64,000 nt of DNA from Clostridia bacterium (GTDB lineage: Bacteria; Bacillota; Clostridia; UMGS1883), in assembly GCA_045651805.1 (NCBI GenBank), contig JAZRTB010000078.1, positions 2,707 through 66,706 on the forward strand, read 5' to 3'. Position numbers and translations under genes: made by a program. Position 1 is the stretch's first letter, and each line of letters opens with the position of its first letter. The notes beneath the pieces are model-generated. The model was not told where the DNA came from and did not search any database. It was given only the letters and a program-made list of their open reading frames with translations. Of the stretch, positions 27,102 through 36,733 are shown piece by piece.

Positions 27102-29120
27102 TTAGCAAATGGGTGTGCCTTCAGGTATACTGTCATCTACAAAGATTACCTTACAACCGCAAGCATTGTTTGTACCTGCAAGAAGCATACCGTTACTTGT
27201 TACACCGCTGAAGCGAGCACTGGCAAGGTTTGCAACAACGATAATCTTCTTACCAACAAGCTCTTCAGGCTTGTAGTCGTGCTTGATGCTTGATACGATT
27301 ACTCTTTCATCGAGACCGTCAAAAAGTGTAAGCTTAAGGCAGTTGTTAGACTTACGGATGTCGTTAACCTTAACAATCTTACATACACGAAGGTCTATCT
27401 TTGAGAAAAGGTCAATATCAATTTCTTCCTTGATAGGCTGAACGGGATCGGGTTCACCGTAAACTTTTTCTTCTACTACTTCCTCGGGCTCTTCTTCCTT
27501 GGGAGGATTCTTTTCAATCTCTGTCATAGGAGTAGAGAAGTCGAGAAGTCCGAGATAGCTTTCCTTATCAACTGCGAAGAGGAAGAGGTAAAGTCTCGGT
27601 CCGCGTTCCTTATCAATTATAAGCTTGTATACATTCTTGAAGAAGTCACCCTGAACGCCTTTAAGTGCTTTGGGATCCATATCTTCGCCGAAGATTTTCT
27701 TGGGAATAGCGTAAAGCTCTGCATTAAGGTCGTCAAGTGTATAACCGTCTGTCTTAAGGAAATCGCAAAGAAGCTGGATTTCCTTCTTTTCTTCTTCTGT
27801 GAATGAGTTGTAAAGCTCCCAGTTGCGGTATGTGCGAAGTCTGTTCACACTTTCGGGAGAACATTGTTCAAGCCAGTATTTAGCTCTCTCAAGTCTGTCT
27901 GCGAAGTCCTCATACTTATAGGGAGTGCCAATCTTTTCAAATACAATTTCAAGCATAGGTACGTTGAAGTTAACAACAGAACCGAGCTGAACAAGAAGGC
28001 TCATGGGAACTGTAGAAGGCTTTCTTCCTTCAACAGTAGTGTTAAACATAATGCCCTGTGTATGCTCGTCAGCAGTACCGTCCTCAAATGCAGTCTGCAT
28101 CTTGTCAAATTCGAAATACTGACGGAGAATACCGTCGTCGAAGCAGAAATCGAACGCCTTAAGAGGCTCTGTCTTTGAGTAAAGCCACAAAATAACTTCG
28201 GGCTGATAAAGCTTAAGAAGTGTATCGGGAGTAAGGTTAAGACCTGAAGAACCTGACATTTTACCTGTTGTACCCTTGATACCGATGAATTCATAACCCT
28301 GGAACAGGGGAGGCTCATATCCGAAAATAGCCTTTGCAATATCCTTACTTGTATCATAACTGCCGTTCTTTGCCGCGTGGTCCTTACCACCGGGTTCAAA
28401 GTCTACGCCTTCATACATCCAGCGCATAGGCCAGTCAATCTTCCATGCAAGCTTGCAGTTGAAATCCTTTGTAAAGTCAAAACTTCCTGTATGACCGCAT
28501 TCGCAAGAGAATTCTGCAACTGTGCAGTCGTCTGAAAGTGAATGAATCTTTGTAGTATCTTTTCCGCAGATGGGGCAGTAGATGCTTACAGGATAGTAAG
28601 CTTCACGTTCTCCGGGCTGTGCTTCCTGTGTACGGTGTGAGTCGAGAATATCGAAAATCTCGCCACGCTTACGGAGTGAATGGAGTACGTGCTCCACGTA
28701 CTTACCGCTTCTGTACATTTCTGCCTGATGGCGGTAGTCCATCTCGATACCAAACTTAACGATTGATTCCTCAAATTCCTTTTCGAAATACTCTGCATAA
28801 GTTTTGATTTCGGGACAGTCAGCAAAGGGGTTTTCAACATCAGCGTAGGGTTTGCCGATGTGCTGCTCAAAGTCGTCACGTACCTTTGCAACGTTTACGG
28901 GAACCTTACGAAGCCTGTCAAATTCATCCCATGAGAAAAGAAGCTTTGCCTTTTTGCCCATCTTGCGAAGTGCTCTTACAACAAAGTAGCTTGTTGCAAT
29001 ATCACGGAAATTACCGATATGAATAGAACCCGAGGGACTGATACCTGCAGCGCAGACATACTCTTCCTTATTCGGGTTACGCTCTATAATTCGCTGTGCG
29101 ATTTCTTCTGACCAATGCAT
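27102..29120 (-). CDS. lysK: Lysine--tRNA ligase, class I type, fused to a C-terminal Trbp111/EMAP-II-like tRNA-binding domain
   Basis: N-terminus MHWSEEIAQRII...GISPSGSIHIGNFRD (HIGH-type motif), FSWDEFDRLRKVP and KMSGSSG (KMSKS-type) match archaeal/spirochaetal class-I LysRS signatures. Cys cluster CPICG...CECGH. Acidic linker, then IDLRVCKIVKV...LASARFSGVTSNGMLLAG (OB-fold tRNA_bind). Confidence 0.75.
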   Translation of the reverse strand: MHWSEEIAQRIIERNPNKEEYVCAAGISPSGSIHIGNFRDIATSYFVVRALRKMGKKAKLLFSWDEFDRLRKVPVNVAKVRDDFEQHIGKPYADVENPFADCPEIKTYAEYFEKEFEESIVKFGIEMDYRHQAEMYRSGKYVEHVLHSLRKRGEIFDILDSHRTQEAQPGEREAYYPVSIYCPICGKDTTKIHSLSDDCTVAEFSCECGHTGSFDFTKDFNCKLAWKIDWPMRWMYEGVDFEPGGKDHAAKNGSYDTSKDIAKAIFGYEPPLFQGYEFIGIKGTTGKMSGSSGLNLTPDTLLKLYQPEVILWLYSKTEPLKAFDFCFDDGILRQYFEFDKMQTAFEDGTADEHTQGIMFNTTVEGRKPSTVPMSLLVQLGSVVNFNVPMLEIVFEKIGTPYKYEDFADRLERAKYWLEQCSPESVNRLRTYRNWELYNSFTEEEKKEIQLLCDFLKTDGYTLDDLNAELYAIPKKIFGEDMDPKALKGVQGDFFKNVYKLIIDKERGPRLYLFLFAVDKESYLGLLDFSTPMTEIEKNPPKEEEPEEVVEEKVYGEPDPVQPIKEEIDIDLFSKIDLRVCKIVKVNDIRKSNNCLKLTLFDGLDERVIVSSIKHDYKPEELVGKKIIVVANLASARFSGVTSNGMLLAGTNNACGCKVIFVDDSIPEGTPIC

Positions 29121-29165
29121 TAATCATCATCCTTTAAAAATATAATTACATATTATAACCATTAT

Positions 29166-29194
29166 ATTATACCGATTTAGGGAGCATTTGTCAA
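29166..29194 (-). promoter_or_regulatory. Consensus sigma-A promoter of lysK
   Basis: Minus strand reads TTGACA (29194..29189), a 17-nt spacer, then TATAAT (29171..29166). No T-box-like leader between it and the ATG. Confidence 0.7.
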
Positions 29195-29222
29195 CGTATT
29201 TATTGGAAAGCAAAGAAAAATG

Positions 29223-29251
29223 TTGACATATGCTGTAAAATAGTGTATAAT
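29223..29251 (+). promoter_or_regulatory. Consensus sigma-A promoter of the glycine riboswitch/symporter transcript
   Basis: TTGACA (29223..29228), a 17-nt spacer, then TATAAT (29246..29251). Confidence 0.7.
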
Positions 29252-29280
29252 GGCTTGGAAATGAATAAAGGCTAAGCGAA

Positions 29281-29448
29281 GTGTGCAGGAAAAGGCGATA
29301 TGCCTTCCGAAGGAGTAACACTCTCAGGAACAAAGGACTGTACGCTGATAGCGCTCCGGAGAAGTCCGCTCCTTATATATAAGGAAGCAAAAGGGTGCCG
29401 AAGGTGCAAGGTCTAACAGACCGAATCTCTCAGGCAAAAGGACGGAGC
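29281..29448 (+). promoter_or_regulatory. Tandem glycine riboswitch (two aptamers)
   Basis: Aptamer 1 has ...CCGAAGGAGTAACACTCTCAGGAACAAAGGACTG. Aptamer 2 has CTCCGGAGAAG...GGGTGCCGAAGGTGCAAGG...CTCTCAGGCAAAAGGACGGAG. Both show the conserved CCGAAGG...CTCAGG-AAAGGAC cores. The downstream gene is a typical regulon member. Confidence 0.85.
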
Positions 29449-29502
29449 ATAAATACTATATCTTTGCTATTGTTATGCAACGGTATGGTATCTGTGTGAA
29501 AA

Positions 29503-29541
29503 AACCGGAGCTACCTTGAAATACAGGTGGCTATTTTATTT
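29503..29541 (+). terminator. Riboswitch expression-platform terminator
   Basis: AGCTACC...GGTGGCT hairpin followed by ATTTTATTT. CCGGAGC at 29506..29512 can pair alternatively with the aptamer-2 P1 strand. Confidence 0.55.
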
Positions 29542-29581
29542 GTGAAAAAATTAATTTATTTATATTTGGAGGTAACAAACA

Positions 29582-31069
29582 ATGGACAAATTTTTAAAAG
29601 CCGTTGAAAGTATCAATGGCGCAGTTAACAGCTGGGTATGGGGTCCCGTGATGCTCATATTCCTGGTAGGTACAGGTATTTTCCTTACCTTTGGGCTCAA
29701 GTTTTTCCAGGTTGGAAAAATCGGTCTCTGGATGAAGAATACTTTCGGTACACTTTTGAGTAAAAAAGAAAAGAAAGAAAATGGTTCCAAATCAATATCT
29801 TCTTTCCAGGCTCTTTGTACAGCTCTTGGCGGTACAGTTGGTGTAGGTAATGTTGTTGGTGTTGCAACAGCGATTGCAGCAGGTGGTCCCGGTGCAGTTT
29901 TCTGGATGTGGTTTGCGGCATTCTTCGGTATGATTACAAAGTATTCAGAAATTGTTCTTGGTATCTATTATCGTAAGAAAACATTGAACGGCGACTGGTT
30001 AGGCGGTGCAATGGTTTACCTTGAAGAGGGCTTCTCCGGTAAGAAGGGCCTCAAAACTATCGGTAAGATACTTGGTGTTCTTTTTGCTTTGTTCTGTATT
30101 ATCGCATCATTCGGTATCGGTAATATGAGCCAGATTAACACAATTGCAGCTAACTTCGAAGCTACTTTCAGCGTTCCGGTTCTCGTAACAGGCGGCGTTC
30201 TTCTTGTACTTATGGCAATTATGGCAGCAGGTGGACTTAAGGCTATTGGTTCTGTAACAGAAAAAGTAGTTCCCTTTATGTCAATCTTCTACATAATCGG
30301 TGGTATCATCATTCTTGGTGTTAATTTTACAGAGCTTGGTAATGCTTTCACAGCTATATTCAAGGGCGCATTCGGTTTTGATGCTGTTGCAGGCGGTGCA
30401 ATTGGTGTTGTTATTTCAAAGGTTGCCAAGAGTGGTATCGCACGTGGTGTTTTCTCAAACGAAGCAGGTATGGGTTCTTCAGCACTTGTTCACTCTGCGG
30501 CAGACGTTAAGGAACCTGTTAAGCAGGGTATGTGGGGTGTATTTGAAGTATTCGTTGATACTATCGTAATTTGTAGCTTCTCTGCACTTATTATCCTTAC
30601 ATCAGGTGCTATTGACCTTTCAACAGGTCTTGTTGCTACAGGCTTTACAGCTGACAAGGCATCCGTTCTTGTAACAGAAGCATTTAAAGCTTCTTTCGGT
30701 AATATTGGTGGATGGTTTGCAACAATTGCTATATTCTTCTTTGCATTCTCAACTGTAATCGGTTGGTTTGTATATGGTTCAAAATCATGTGAGTTCCTTT
30801 TTGGTAAGATTACCACAGTAGTATATAAAGTGATCTTTGTATGTTTCATTATCGTTGGTGCTACAATGGATCTTTCTCTTGCATGGGATATTTCAGATAC
30901 ATTCAATGGTCTTATGGCAATCCCCAACCTTATCGGTCTTGTAGTTCTTTCAGGCACTATATTCAAAATTACCAAGAACTATCTTGCAAGATTGAAGGGC
31001 GAACAGGTTGCTCCCATTCTTTCAGCATATGACGATATTCAGAAAGAACAGGAAAAGCTCCTTAAATAA
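29582..31069 (+). CDS. Alanine/glycine:cation symporter (AGCS family)
   Basis: 495 aa, polytopic. AGCS-typical GGPGAVFWMW and FSNEAGMGS motifs. Preceded by the glycine riboswitch and SD GGAGG. Confidence 0.85.
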   Translation: MDKFLKAVESINGAVNSWVWGPVMLIFLVGTGIFLTFGLKFFQVGKIGLWMKNTFGTLLSKKEKKENGSKSISSFQALCTALGGTVGVGNVVGVATAIAAGGPGAVFWMWFAAFFGMITKYSEIVLGIYYRKKTLNGDWLGGAMVYLEEGFSGKKGLKTIGKILGVLFALFCIIASFGIGNMSQINTIAANFEATFSVPVLVTGGVLLVLMAIMAAGGLKAIGSVTEKVVPFMSIFYIIGGIIILGVNFTELGNAFTAIFKGAFGFDAVAGGAIGVVISKVAKSGIARGVFSNEAGMGSSALVHSAADVKEPVKQGMWGVFEVFVDTIVICSFSALIILTSGAIDLSTGLVATGFTADKASVLVTEAFKASFGNIGGWFATIAIFFFAFSTVIGWFVYGSKSCEFLFGKITTVVYKVIFVCFIIVGATMDLSLAWDISDTFNGLMAIPNLIGLVVLSGTIFKITKNYLARLKGEQVAPILSAYDDIQKEQEKLLK

Positions 31070-31084
31070 TAGCAATGTTAAATA

Positions 31085-31124
31085 AAAAAGTCGCGTAATA
31101 CTGGCGTATTACGCGACTTTTTTT
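31085..31124. terminator. Bidirectional rho-independent terminator
   Basis: GTCGCGTAATAC / GTATTACGCGAC 12-bp stem with loop TGGC, an A-run before and a T7 run after. Confidence 0.85.
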
Positions 31125-31218
31125 ACCGTATAGGAATTTGCATTTTCTGTCGTGAGCAACGATTTATAGCTTTTAATTTAGTTCGGACGCGAAATGGGTG
31201 AAGGTTCAGCCTGCTTTT

Positions 31219-31977
31219 TTATTCAATAATTTTAAGCTCTCCATCTACCTTTACTCTCCAGGCAGGAGTGAAAAGATATTTTTCATTTCCGAGTGGCTTG
31301 AGCGAATAGCCCTTTTCTATGAGCGTGATCGTCCCTCCGTCGGGAAATATGTCTTTAAGCTTTGTAACGCTTGTAACAAAGGTCAGTTCCTTTTCTTCTC
31401 TGATAATAAGCTTGCCGGGCCACATTGCGGAAATTTCACAAATGTTGCCGCTACTGTCAAGCTCTGCCTTGATGTACATATTAAATAAGTTTGTTCCCTT
31501 ATACATTCTGTAAAAACAGCGTTCTTTTTCGTCGTATACTGCACCATCCATATTAAGTCCTGTATCTTTAAGGACTGATTTTATTTTTGATGCAGAATGT
31601 GAAGTATCGGGGGAATTTCCCGTTTTAAAAACGAAGTGATTATCTGAAACGGTAAGCGTTGAATCATTGTAATCTGCAACCAGGGAGTTTTCCTCTGTCC
31701 TGAAAGGAACCTGCTTGCCGAAAAACATCTTTGATAAGTCGCTGGCGGAATAGAATGTGGTGTCAAGCACAGGAAGAACATAGGATGCTTTCGGAATAAT
31801 CTTTTTATCGCATGAAAATCCGTCTCGCTTCAGGATTTTAACAGAAGCCTCTATGACCTTGTCTGGAACTGCTGAATTCCGGTATGTTGTGAATGCAATA
31901 AATGCCGCTATAAACAGATTCATTGCCACAAGGAAAAAAATCATAATACTTTTGATTTTACTCCAATTCATCAACAA
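31219..31977 (-). CDS. YycI-like two-component regulatory membrane protein
   Basis: N-terminus MNWSKIKSIMIFFLVAMNLFIAAF resembles the YycI N-terminal anchor (MDWxKxKxIF...). It is the last gene of a walRK-like operon and overlaps the upstream gene by 20 nt. Confidence 0.6.
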   Translation of the reverse strand: MLMNWSKIKSIMIFFLVAMNLFIAAFIAFTTYRNSAVPDKVIEASVKILKRDGFSCDKKIIPKASYVLPVLDTTFYSASDLSKMFFGKQVPFRTEENSLVADYNDSTLTVSDNHFVFKTGNSPDTSHSASKIKSVLKDTGLNMDGAVYDEKERCFYRMYKGTNLFNMYIKAELDSSGNICEISAMWPGKLIIREEKELTFVTSVTKLKDIFPDGGTITLIEKGYSLKPLGNEKYLFTPAWRVKVDGELKIIE

Positions 31978-33430
31978 TCACCTCCGATTCAGGGGAATAG
32001 CTGTATATTTTTCCGTCAGAAGTTTTTGCAAGCCATTTTGCATAGATTTCATCTTCTTTTCCGGAGTCAATATATCCGATATAAATATCGTTTACTGTAA
32101 CAGGTGACGTATAAGTGCTGTCCAGTATGTGGACAAATCCGTCAAGTGCTGTGACAAACGGCTCGGAGAGAGGCTTTGAAGATGTTGCACTATAGGAACG
32201 CATATACTGCTTGTAGGAAATCAGTCTGCCGTGATGAACCGTCATTTCTATGGCACACTCCATACGCGGATGTCCATAAGCTGCGGGAAGGTTAACCTCG
32301 ACAGGTCTGCCGCTTTCGTAATAATCGAATCTGAATGTGTAAGGCTTTGATTCGTCGTAATCTGCAAGATTGCTTGAAACAAGTATACTGAGCGGTTTAT
32401 CGGAAACCGTTGACCAGGTTCTTTCCGCAAAGTCAATGGATGCATTGAGTACGTTGTACGCATCTCCGCTTTCGTCAAGAAGAATTCCCTTGTTTGTTTC
32501 GATTGCAGAATATTCAAAAACAGAGTCGGGATAAATTTTCGCGGAAGCATAGTTTGCAATATAATTAAGTGCACCGTCGCTGTCTTCGTAGGGATTTACT
32601 GCAACTGTATTGAAAGAAAATCCTTCAAGAAGTGCAGCGTTTGTGTTTCTGTTAAGCAGACTTTTAGCTTCAAGAATCTTTGTTTCAGGCTGTGAATCAG
32701 AAAAAAGAACAAGGGGTGAGAGGGACACATTTTCCGAATTAAGCTCAAGTCCTGTACTGAACATAGGCTCATAGTAAACATCGTTACTTGCATATACTGC
32801 AAGGTCATGGGCAGGAAGAGAATGAGAGTCGTTTAATATATACGCATAAATTGAATTTTCCTTTGAAGCATCTTTAACAAGAATACATATGTTTGTTTCA
32901 TTGCTTGACGGAAGAATAATAAGTTCACGCAGCGAGCCTATTTCGGTAGGCGCATTTTTAGTGTCAACGCCCATAATACGGCAGAACATTTCCGTTGAGA
33001 ATGCCACGGGATATTCCACATATATACTTACAGATTCAAGACCTGCCTCCCAGATGGAGTTATCAATTTTTTTTGTATCTTCCACATCCCCGTTAAGAAA
33101 ACCTGTTATAATTTCTCTTGTTCGGCTGTCAATGGGGGAGAAACCGATATCCGTATTGTAGTATGCCATCCACAATGAACCGTCGTTGATAAGAAATTTT
33201 CTCGGACGAGAAAGATTTTCCTTTGAAATACTGTACTCCGGAGTGAAGGGGAATAACTTTTCAATAATCGGAATATTGCGTATGTAATGCATAATTTCAG
33301 TTCCAAGAGGGTTGTTCTGACTGAAAAACCACAGGTTAGACGTCAGAAATATTAAGTTGACGATGAGGATAAGTATGGCGGAACTTTTAAGCCTCTCTTT
33401 CAGCAAGAACATCACCCCTTTCAAAATCAA
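31958..33430 (-). CDS. YycH-like two-component regulatory membrane protein
   Basis: 490 aa, with a single N-terminal TM segment (SSAILILIVNLIFLTSNLWFF) and a large extracellular part. Sits between the kinase and the YycI-like gene. Confidence 0.55.
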   Translation of the reverse strand: MILKGVMFLLKERLKSSAILILIVNLIFLTSNLWFFSQNNPLGTEIMHYIRNIPIIEKLFPFTPEYSISKENLSRPRKFLINDGSLWMAYYNTDIGFSPIDSRTREIITGFLNGDVEDTKKIDNSIWEAGLESVSIYVEYPVAFSTEMFCRIMGVDTKNAPTEIGSLRELIILPSSNETNICILVKDASKENSIYAYILNDSHSLPAHDLAVYASNDVYYEPMFSTGLELNSENVSLSPLVLFSDSQPETKILEAKSLLNRNTNAALLEGFSFNTVAVNPYEDSDGALNYIANYASAKIYPDSVFEYSAIETNKGILLDESGDAYNVLNASIDFAERTWSTVSDKPLSILVSSNLADYDESKPYTFRFDYYESGRPVEVNLPAAYGHPRMECAIEMTVHHGRLISYKQYMRSYSATSSKPLSEPFVTALDGFVHILDSTYTSPVTVNDIYIGYIDSGKEDEIYAKWLAKTSDGKIYSYSPESEVIVDELE

Positions 33431-33490
33431 TGATTACAACAAAGGCTTCAGGCTACTGCCTGAAGCCTTTAAAACCTCAAAACATAATTG

Positions 33491-33967
33491 TCAGTTCATC
33501 CAACCGTTATACAAAGTCTGTATTCCGTTTGAAAAACCGTTTGTATTATTAAGAATACTCTGACTAAGAACGTTTATATCAAAATAAACAATCTGATATG
33601 TACCATCATGTGCCTCTGCACGTACTGCAAACATATTGTGTCCTTCTGCAAGAGCAACCTGCTTATAAAATACGCCGGCATTACCGATTGTAGTCTGTGC
33701 AGATTCACCGTTTGCATCTCTGAGCATTACATAAGAAGTACCGTTGAATTTGTAGTATGCAACTTTAACTCCATTCTTACCTGTACCTGTAACACCATAG
33801 GTCTTCTTGAGTGTTGCAGAGTTTTTAGTGTCAGGCTTCTTCACAACAATGAGATTGTCTGTAGTTCCGCGTGCATCGGGAGAAAACGATGACGGGTTAG
33901 CTGCAAATGCACTTAAAGCGCTGAAAGTCAATATTAATGCTATAATTAAAGCTGTGAGCTTTTTCAT
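33491..33967 (-). CDS. Secreted hypothetical protein (158 aa)
   Basis: Clear signal peptide MKKLTALIIALILTFSALSAFA. The mature part is beta-rich looking, with no motif recognised. Confidence 0.6.
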   Translation of the reverse strand: MKKLTALIIALILTFSALSAFAANPSSFSPDARGTTDNLIVVKKPDTKNSATLKKTYGVTGTGKNGVKVAYYKFNGTSYVMLRDANGESAQTTIGNAGVFYKQVALAEGHNMFAVRAEAHDGTYQIVYFDINVLSQSILNNTNGFSNGIQTLYNGWMN

Positions 33968-34059
33968 AAAAATACACCCTTATATAAAAAATCTTATCTG
34001 TTCAACTATAGTATACACTATATATGTTACAACGGTGTTACAACAGGCTTAACAATATA

Positions 34060-35817
34060 TTACTTTTCACTATCGTATAACGGAAGCACTATTTTAACGA
34101 TTGTTCCCTTCTGTCCGGGGCTTTCTATTTCAATTGTACCATTGTGTCTTTCTATAATCTCTTTTGCAATAGCAAGACCAAGTCCTGTGCCGCCACTCTG
34201 GCGACTGCGGGCTTTGTCAACTCTGTAAAATCTTTCGAAAATTCTGGGAAGATCACTTTCCGGAATACCTATACCATTGTCTTTTACTGTAATATAGGCA
34301 TTTGTAAAATCTCCGTGGCAGGTAATGGAAATCTTACCACCGCCGGGAGTGTATTTAATTGAGTTGGAAATGATATTTGTAAGCACCTGTTCAATTGCAT
34401 CAGGCTCGCCATAGCAGGTAGGCGAGGGCATATCAATATCTGTTTTGAACAAATGTCCCGTTGTTTTTGCAGAAATACTGAGTTTTTCCGATACGGATGA
34501 AACAAGCTCTGCAATATCAAAAAGCTTTCTTCTTTCAATCTGTTTGGAGCTGTCAAGCTGTGAAAGTGTAAGAAGGTCTTTTACAAGACGTGTCATTCTG
34601 TCTGCTTCGTTTTCAATAACCTTGACAAAACGACGTACAGAGGGGTCTGCACTGTCTTCGCCCATATCGCTTATGGTTTCTGCATAGGTTTTTATCGTGG
34701 TAAGGGGGGTACGAAGCTCGTGCGATACGTTTGCAACAAATTCACGACGTGCATTATCAAGCATCTGCCTTCTTGTAATATCCTGGAAAACTACCACTAC
34801 TCCCGCTGTTACAGAATGCTCTGTGTTGAAGGGTGCGAAGTATGCTTTAAGACTTTTTCCGTGAAATTCAATATCCCGTTCTATCGTTTCTTCAGAGTCA
34901 AGGTAGAGGATTCGATAAAGGGAAATATTTGCGTCCAGTATTTCAAAAAGGTCATCAAAACTGCAGTCACGGTGCTCGCCCAGAAGGTTTTCACCTGCAG
35001 GATTGATATGTATAAGTGCACCGTTGTTGTCGTATGCGGCAACGGCATCTGTCATATTGATGAGAATTGCTTCGACCTTGTTTTTTTCTGCCTGAATTTC
35101 AGCCACACTTGTATTGATTTTGGCTGCCATTTCATTGAAAGCAATGGTAAGTCTGCCGATTTCATCTCGTGAACGGACTTCGATTTTTCGTGTAAAGTCG
35201 CCCTCTGCCATGCTTTCGCTTCGGTGCTGAAGTGTGGAAATAGGAGCAATAATCGTTCTTGAAAGGAAAAATCCCAGTACAAGACTGATAAGAAGACCAA
35301 AGAGCATTGCCCAGAATATGTTGATGAACATATTCGTGATGATTTCATTTACTTCTTCCATTGAGTCAGTAACATATATTATATATTCACCATCGTTAAG
35401 AGGAAGCGCATAGTCCATCACACTAGAACTTTTATCGGTCAGAGTGCCTCTTTCACCGGTCATTGCAAGCAGAAGATTCTGCGTTGACTCAAAGCTTTCC
35501 TGCCTTGTTGTAGAACCGCCGAGGACATTGAGCGAATTGTCAAGTACATAGTAGTTTCTGAAAGAATCTATACCCATTCTGACAGAGTAAATCTTTAAAA
35601 GGTCAAGAACTTTATTCACACCGTCTTCCGAGTCAACAGCACTGTCAAGCTCGGATACAAAATCATCGGTAAAAACGTGAGAATCCAGGGAATTATTGAA
35701 ATCAGTATAGTAATATGCGGAAATATTCTGCATCAAAAACGTGCCGACCAGAATCATAACGCTTACGGTCAGCAAAAGGAATATCGCTATTATTTTCCAC
35801 TGAATACTCTTAAACAT
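34060..35817 (-). CDS. WalK-like sensor histidine kinase (2 TM, HAMP, PAS, HisKA, HATPase_c)
   Basis: Two TM helices flank a ~130-aa outer loop. HAMP (IAPISTLQHRSESMAEGDF...). H-box FVANVSHELRTPLT. N, G1 and G2 boxes (NSIKYTP, DNGIGIP, GGTGLGLAIAKE). Confidence 0.85.
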   Translation of the reverse strand: MFKSIQWKIIAIFLLLTVSVMILVGTFLMQNISAYYYTDFNNSLDSHVFTDDFVSELDSAVDSEDGVNKVLDLLKIYSVRMGIDSFRNYYVLDNSLNVLGGSTTRQESFESTQNLLLAMTGERGTLTDKSSSVMDYALPLNDGEYIIYVTDSMEEVNEIITNMFINIFWAMLFGLLISLVLGFFLSRTIIAPISTLQHRSESMAEGDFTRKIEVRSRDEIGRLTIAFNEMAAKINTSVAEIQAEKNKVEAILINMTDAVAAYDNNGALIHINPAGENLLGEHRDCSFDDLFEILDANISLYRILYLDSEETIERDIEFHGKSLKAYFAPFNTEHSVTAGVVVVFQDITRRQMLDNARREFVANVSHELRTPLTTIKTYAETISDMGEDSADPSVRRFVKVIENEADRMTRLVKDLLTLSQLDSSKQIERRKLFDIAELVSSVSEKLSISAKTTGHLFKTDIDMPSPTCYGEPDAIEQVLTNIISNSIKYTPGGGKISITCHGDFTNAYITVKDNGIGIPESDLPRIFERFYRVDKARSRQSGGTGLGLAIAKEIIERHNGTIEIESPGQKGTIVKIVLPLYDSEK

Positions 35818-35830
35818 GCATTTTCAACCC

Positions 35831-36520
35831 TTATTTATTGAAATAGTAACCTACACCGCGCTTTGTCATAATGAATGTGGGGGAGGCGGGGTTATCCTCA
35901 ATTTTTTCTCTGAGACGTCTTACAGTTACGTCGACGGTTCTTACGTCACCGAAATATTCATATCCCCACACGTTTTCAAGAAGTGTTTCGCGGTTGAAAA
36001 CCTTGCCGGGTTGCATTGCAAGAAACTTAAGAAGTTCGAATTCAAGAAGAGTAAGGTCTATTACAGTCGAATTCTTTGTAACCTCATAACGTGTTGTATT
36101 TATTGAAAGGTTGTTGAATGTCAGCGTGTCGGTATCGTCCTGAGTAGCTGTTTCGGTAACTGTACGACGTGTGTTGGCCTTTACTCTTGCAAGAAGCTCA
36201 CGCACAGAAAAAGGCTTTGTCATATAGTCGTCCGCGCCAAGCTCAAGACCGAGCACCTTATCAACTTCTTCGTCACGGGCAGTAAGCATTATTATAGGAG
36301 TTTGCTGCTTATCGCGGATTTTTCTGCATACTTCAAATCCGTCCATCTTGGGGAGCATAACGTCAAGCAGAATAAGGTCGGGTTTTTCGCTTATGGCAAG
36401 GTTGTAACCTTCTTCGCCATCGTAGGCGGTAATAACCTTGTATCCTGATTTTGTTAAATTAAAGTTTAATATATCGACAATGGGGGCTTCGTCATCAACT
36501 ACGAGAATAAGCTTTTCCAT
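35831..36520 (-). CDS. WalR/YycF-like OmpR-family response regulator
   Basis: KLILVVDDEAPIVDIL..DLILLDVMLPKMDG..ADDYMTKPFSVRELLARVKANTRR is closely parallel to B. subtilis WalR, with a winged-helix C-terminus. Preferred start is ATG 36520 after AGGAGG (the listed ORF starts at GTG 36529). Confidence 0.85.
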   Translation of the reverse strand: MEKLILVVDDEAPIVDILNFNLTKSGYKVITAYDGEEGYNLAISEKPDLILLDVMLPKMDGFEVCRKIRDKQQTPIIMLTARDEEVDKVLGLELGADDYMTKPFSVRELLARVKANTRRTVTETATQDDTDTLTFNNLSINTTRYEVTKNSTVIDLTLLEFELLKFLAMQPGKVFNRETLLENVWGYEYFGDVRTVDVTVRRLREKIEDNPASPTFIMTKRGVGYYFNK

Positions 36521-36733
36521 TGTGCACACCTCCTATCAGTATATAAAATAACCACTATATATATTTTAACTCATTTTTGCATTTGTGTCAAGGAACAGGG
36601 AATGATTTTACTGTTATATAATGAAAAAATGACATTTACGTTACAATTTTACAGTTTTACTTGTAATTAGAAAAAAATAGTTATATATTATATGTAGTAA
36701 TTTTTTGATTTTTTTACGAAAGGATACGGAATT

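Noticed and set aside
26621-27293. Listed ORFs 26621..26824 (-) and 26952..27293 (+) in the lysK 3' region
   Set aside because: They lie inside the tandem 225-230-bp repeat. Indels between the two copies break every common reading frame. Neither has an SD, and 26952..27293 runs antisense into lysK. I treat them as non-coding.
27102-29120. Initial reading as methionyl-tRNA synthetase because of the C-terminal tRNA-binding domain
   Set aside because: The catalytic core motifs (SPSGSIHIGNFRD, WDEFDRLRKVP, KMSGSSG, the MHWSEEIA N-terminus) match class-I LysRS rather than MetRS.
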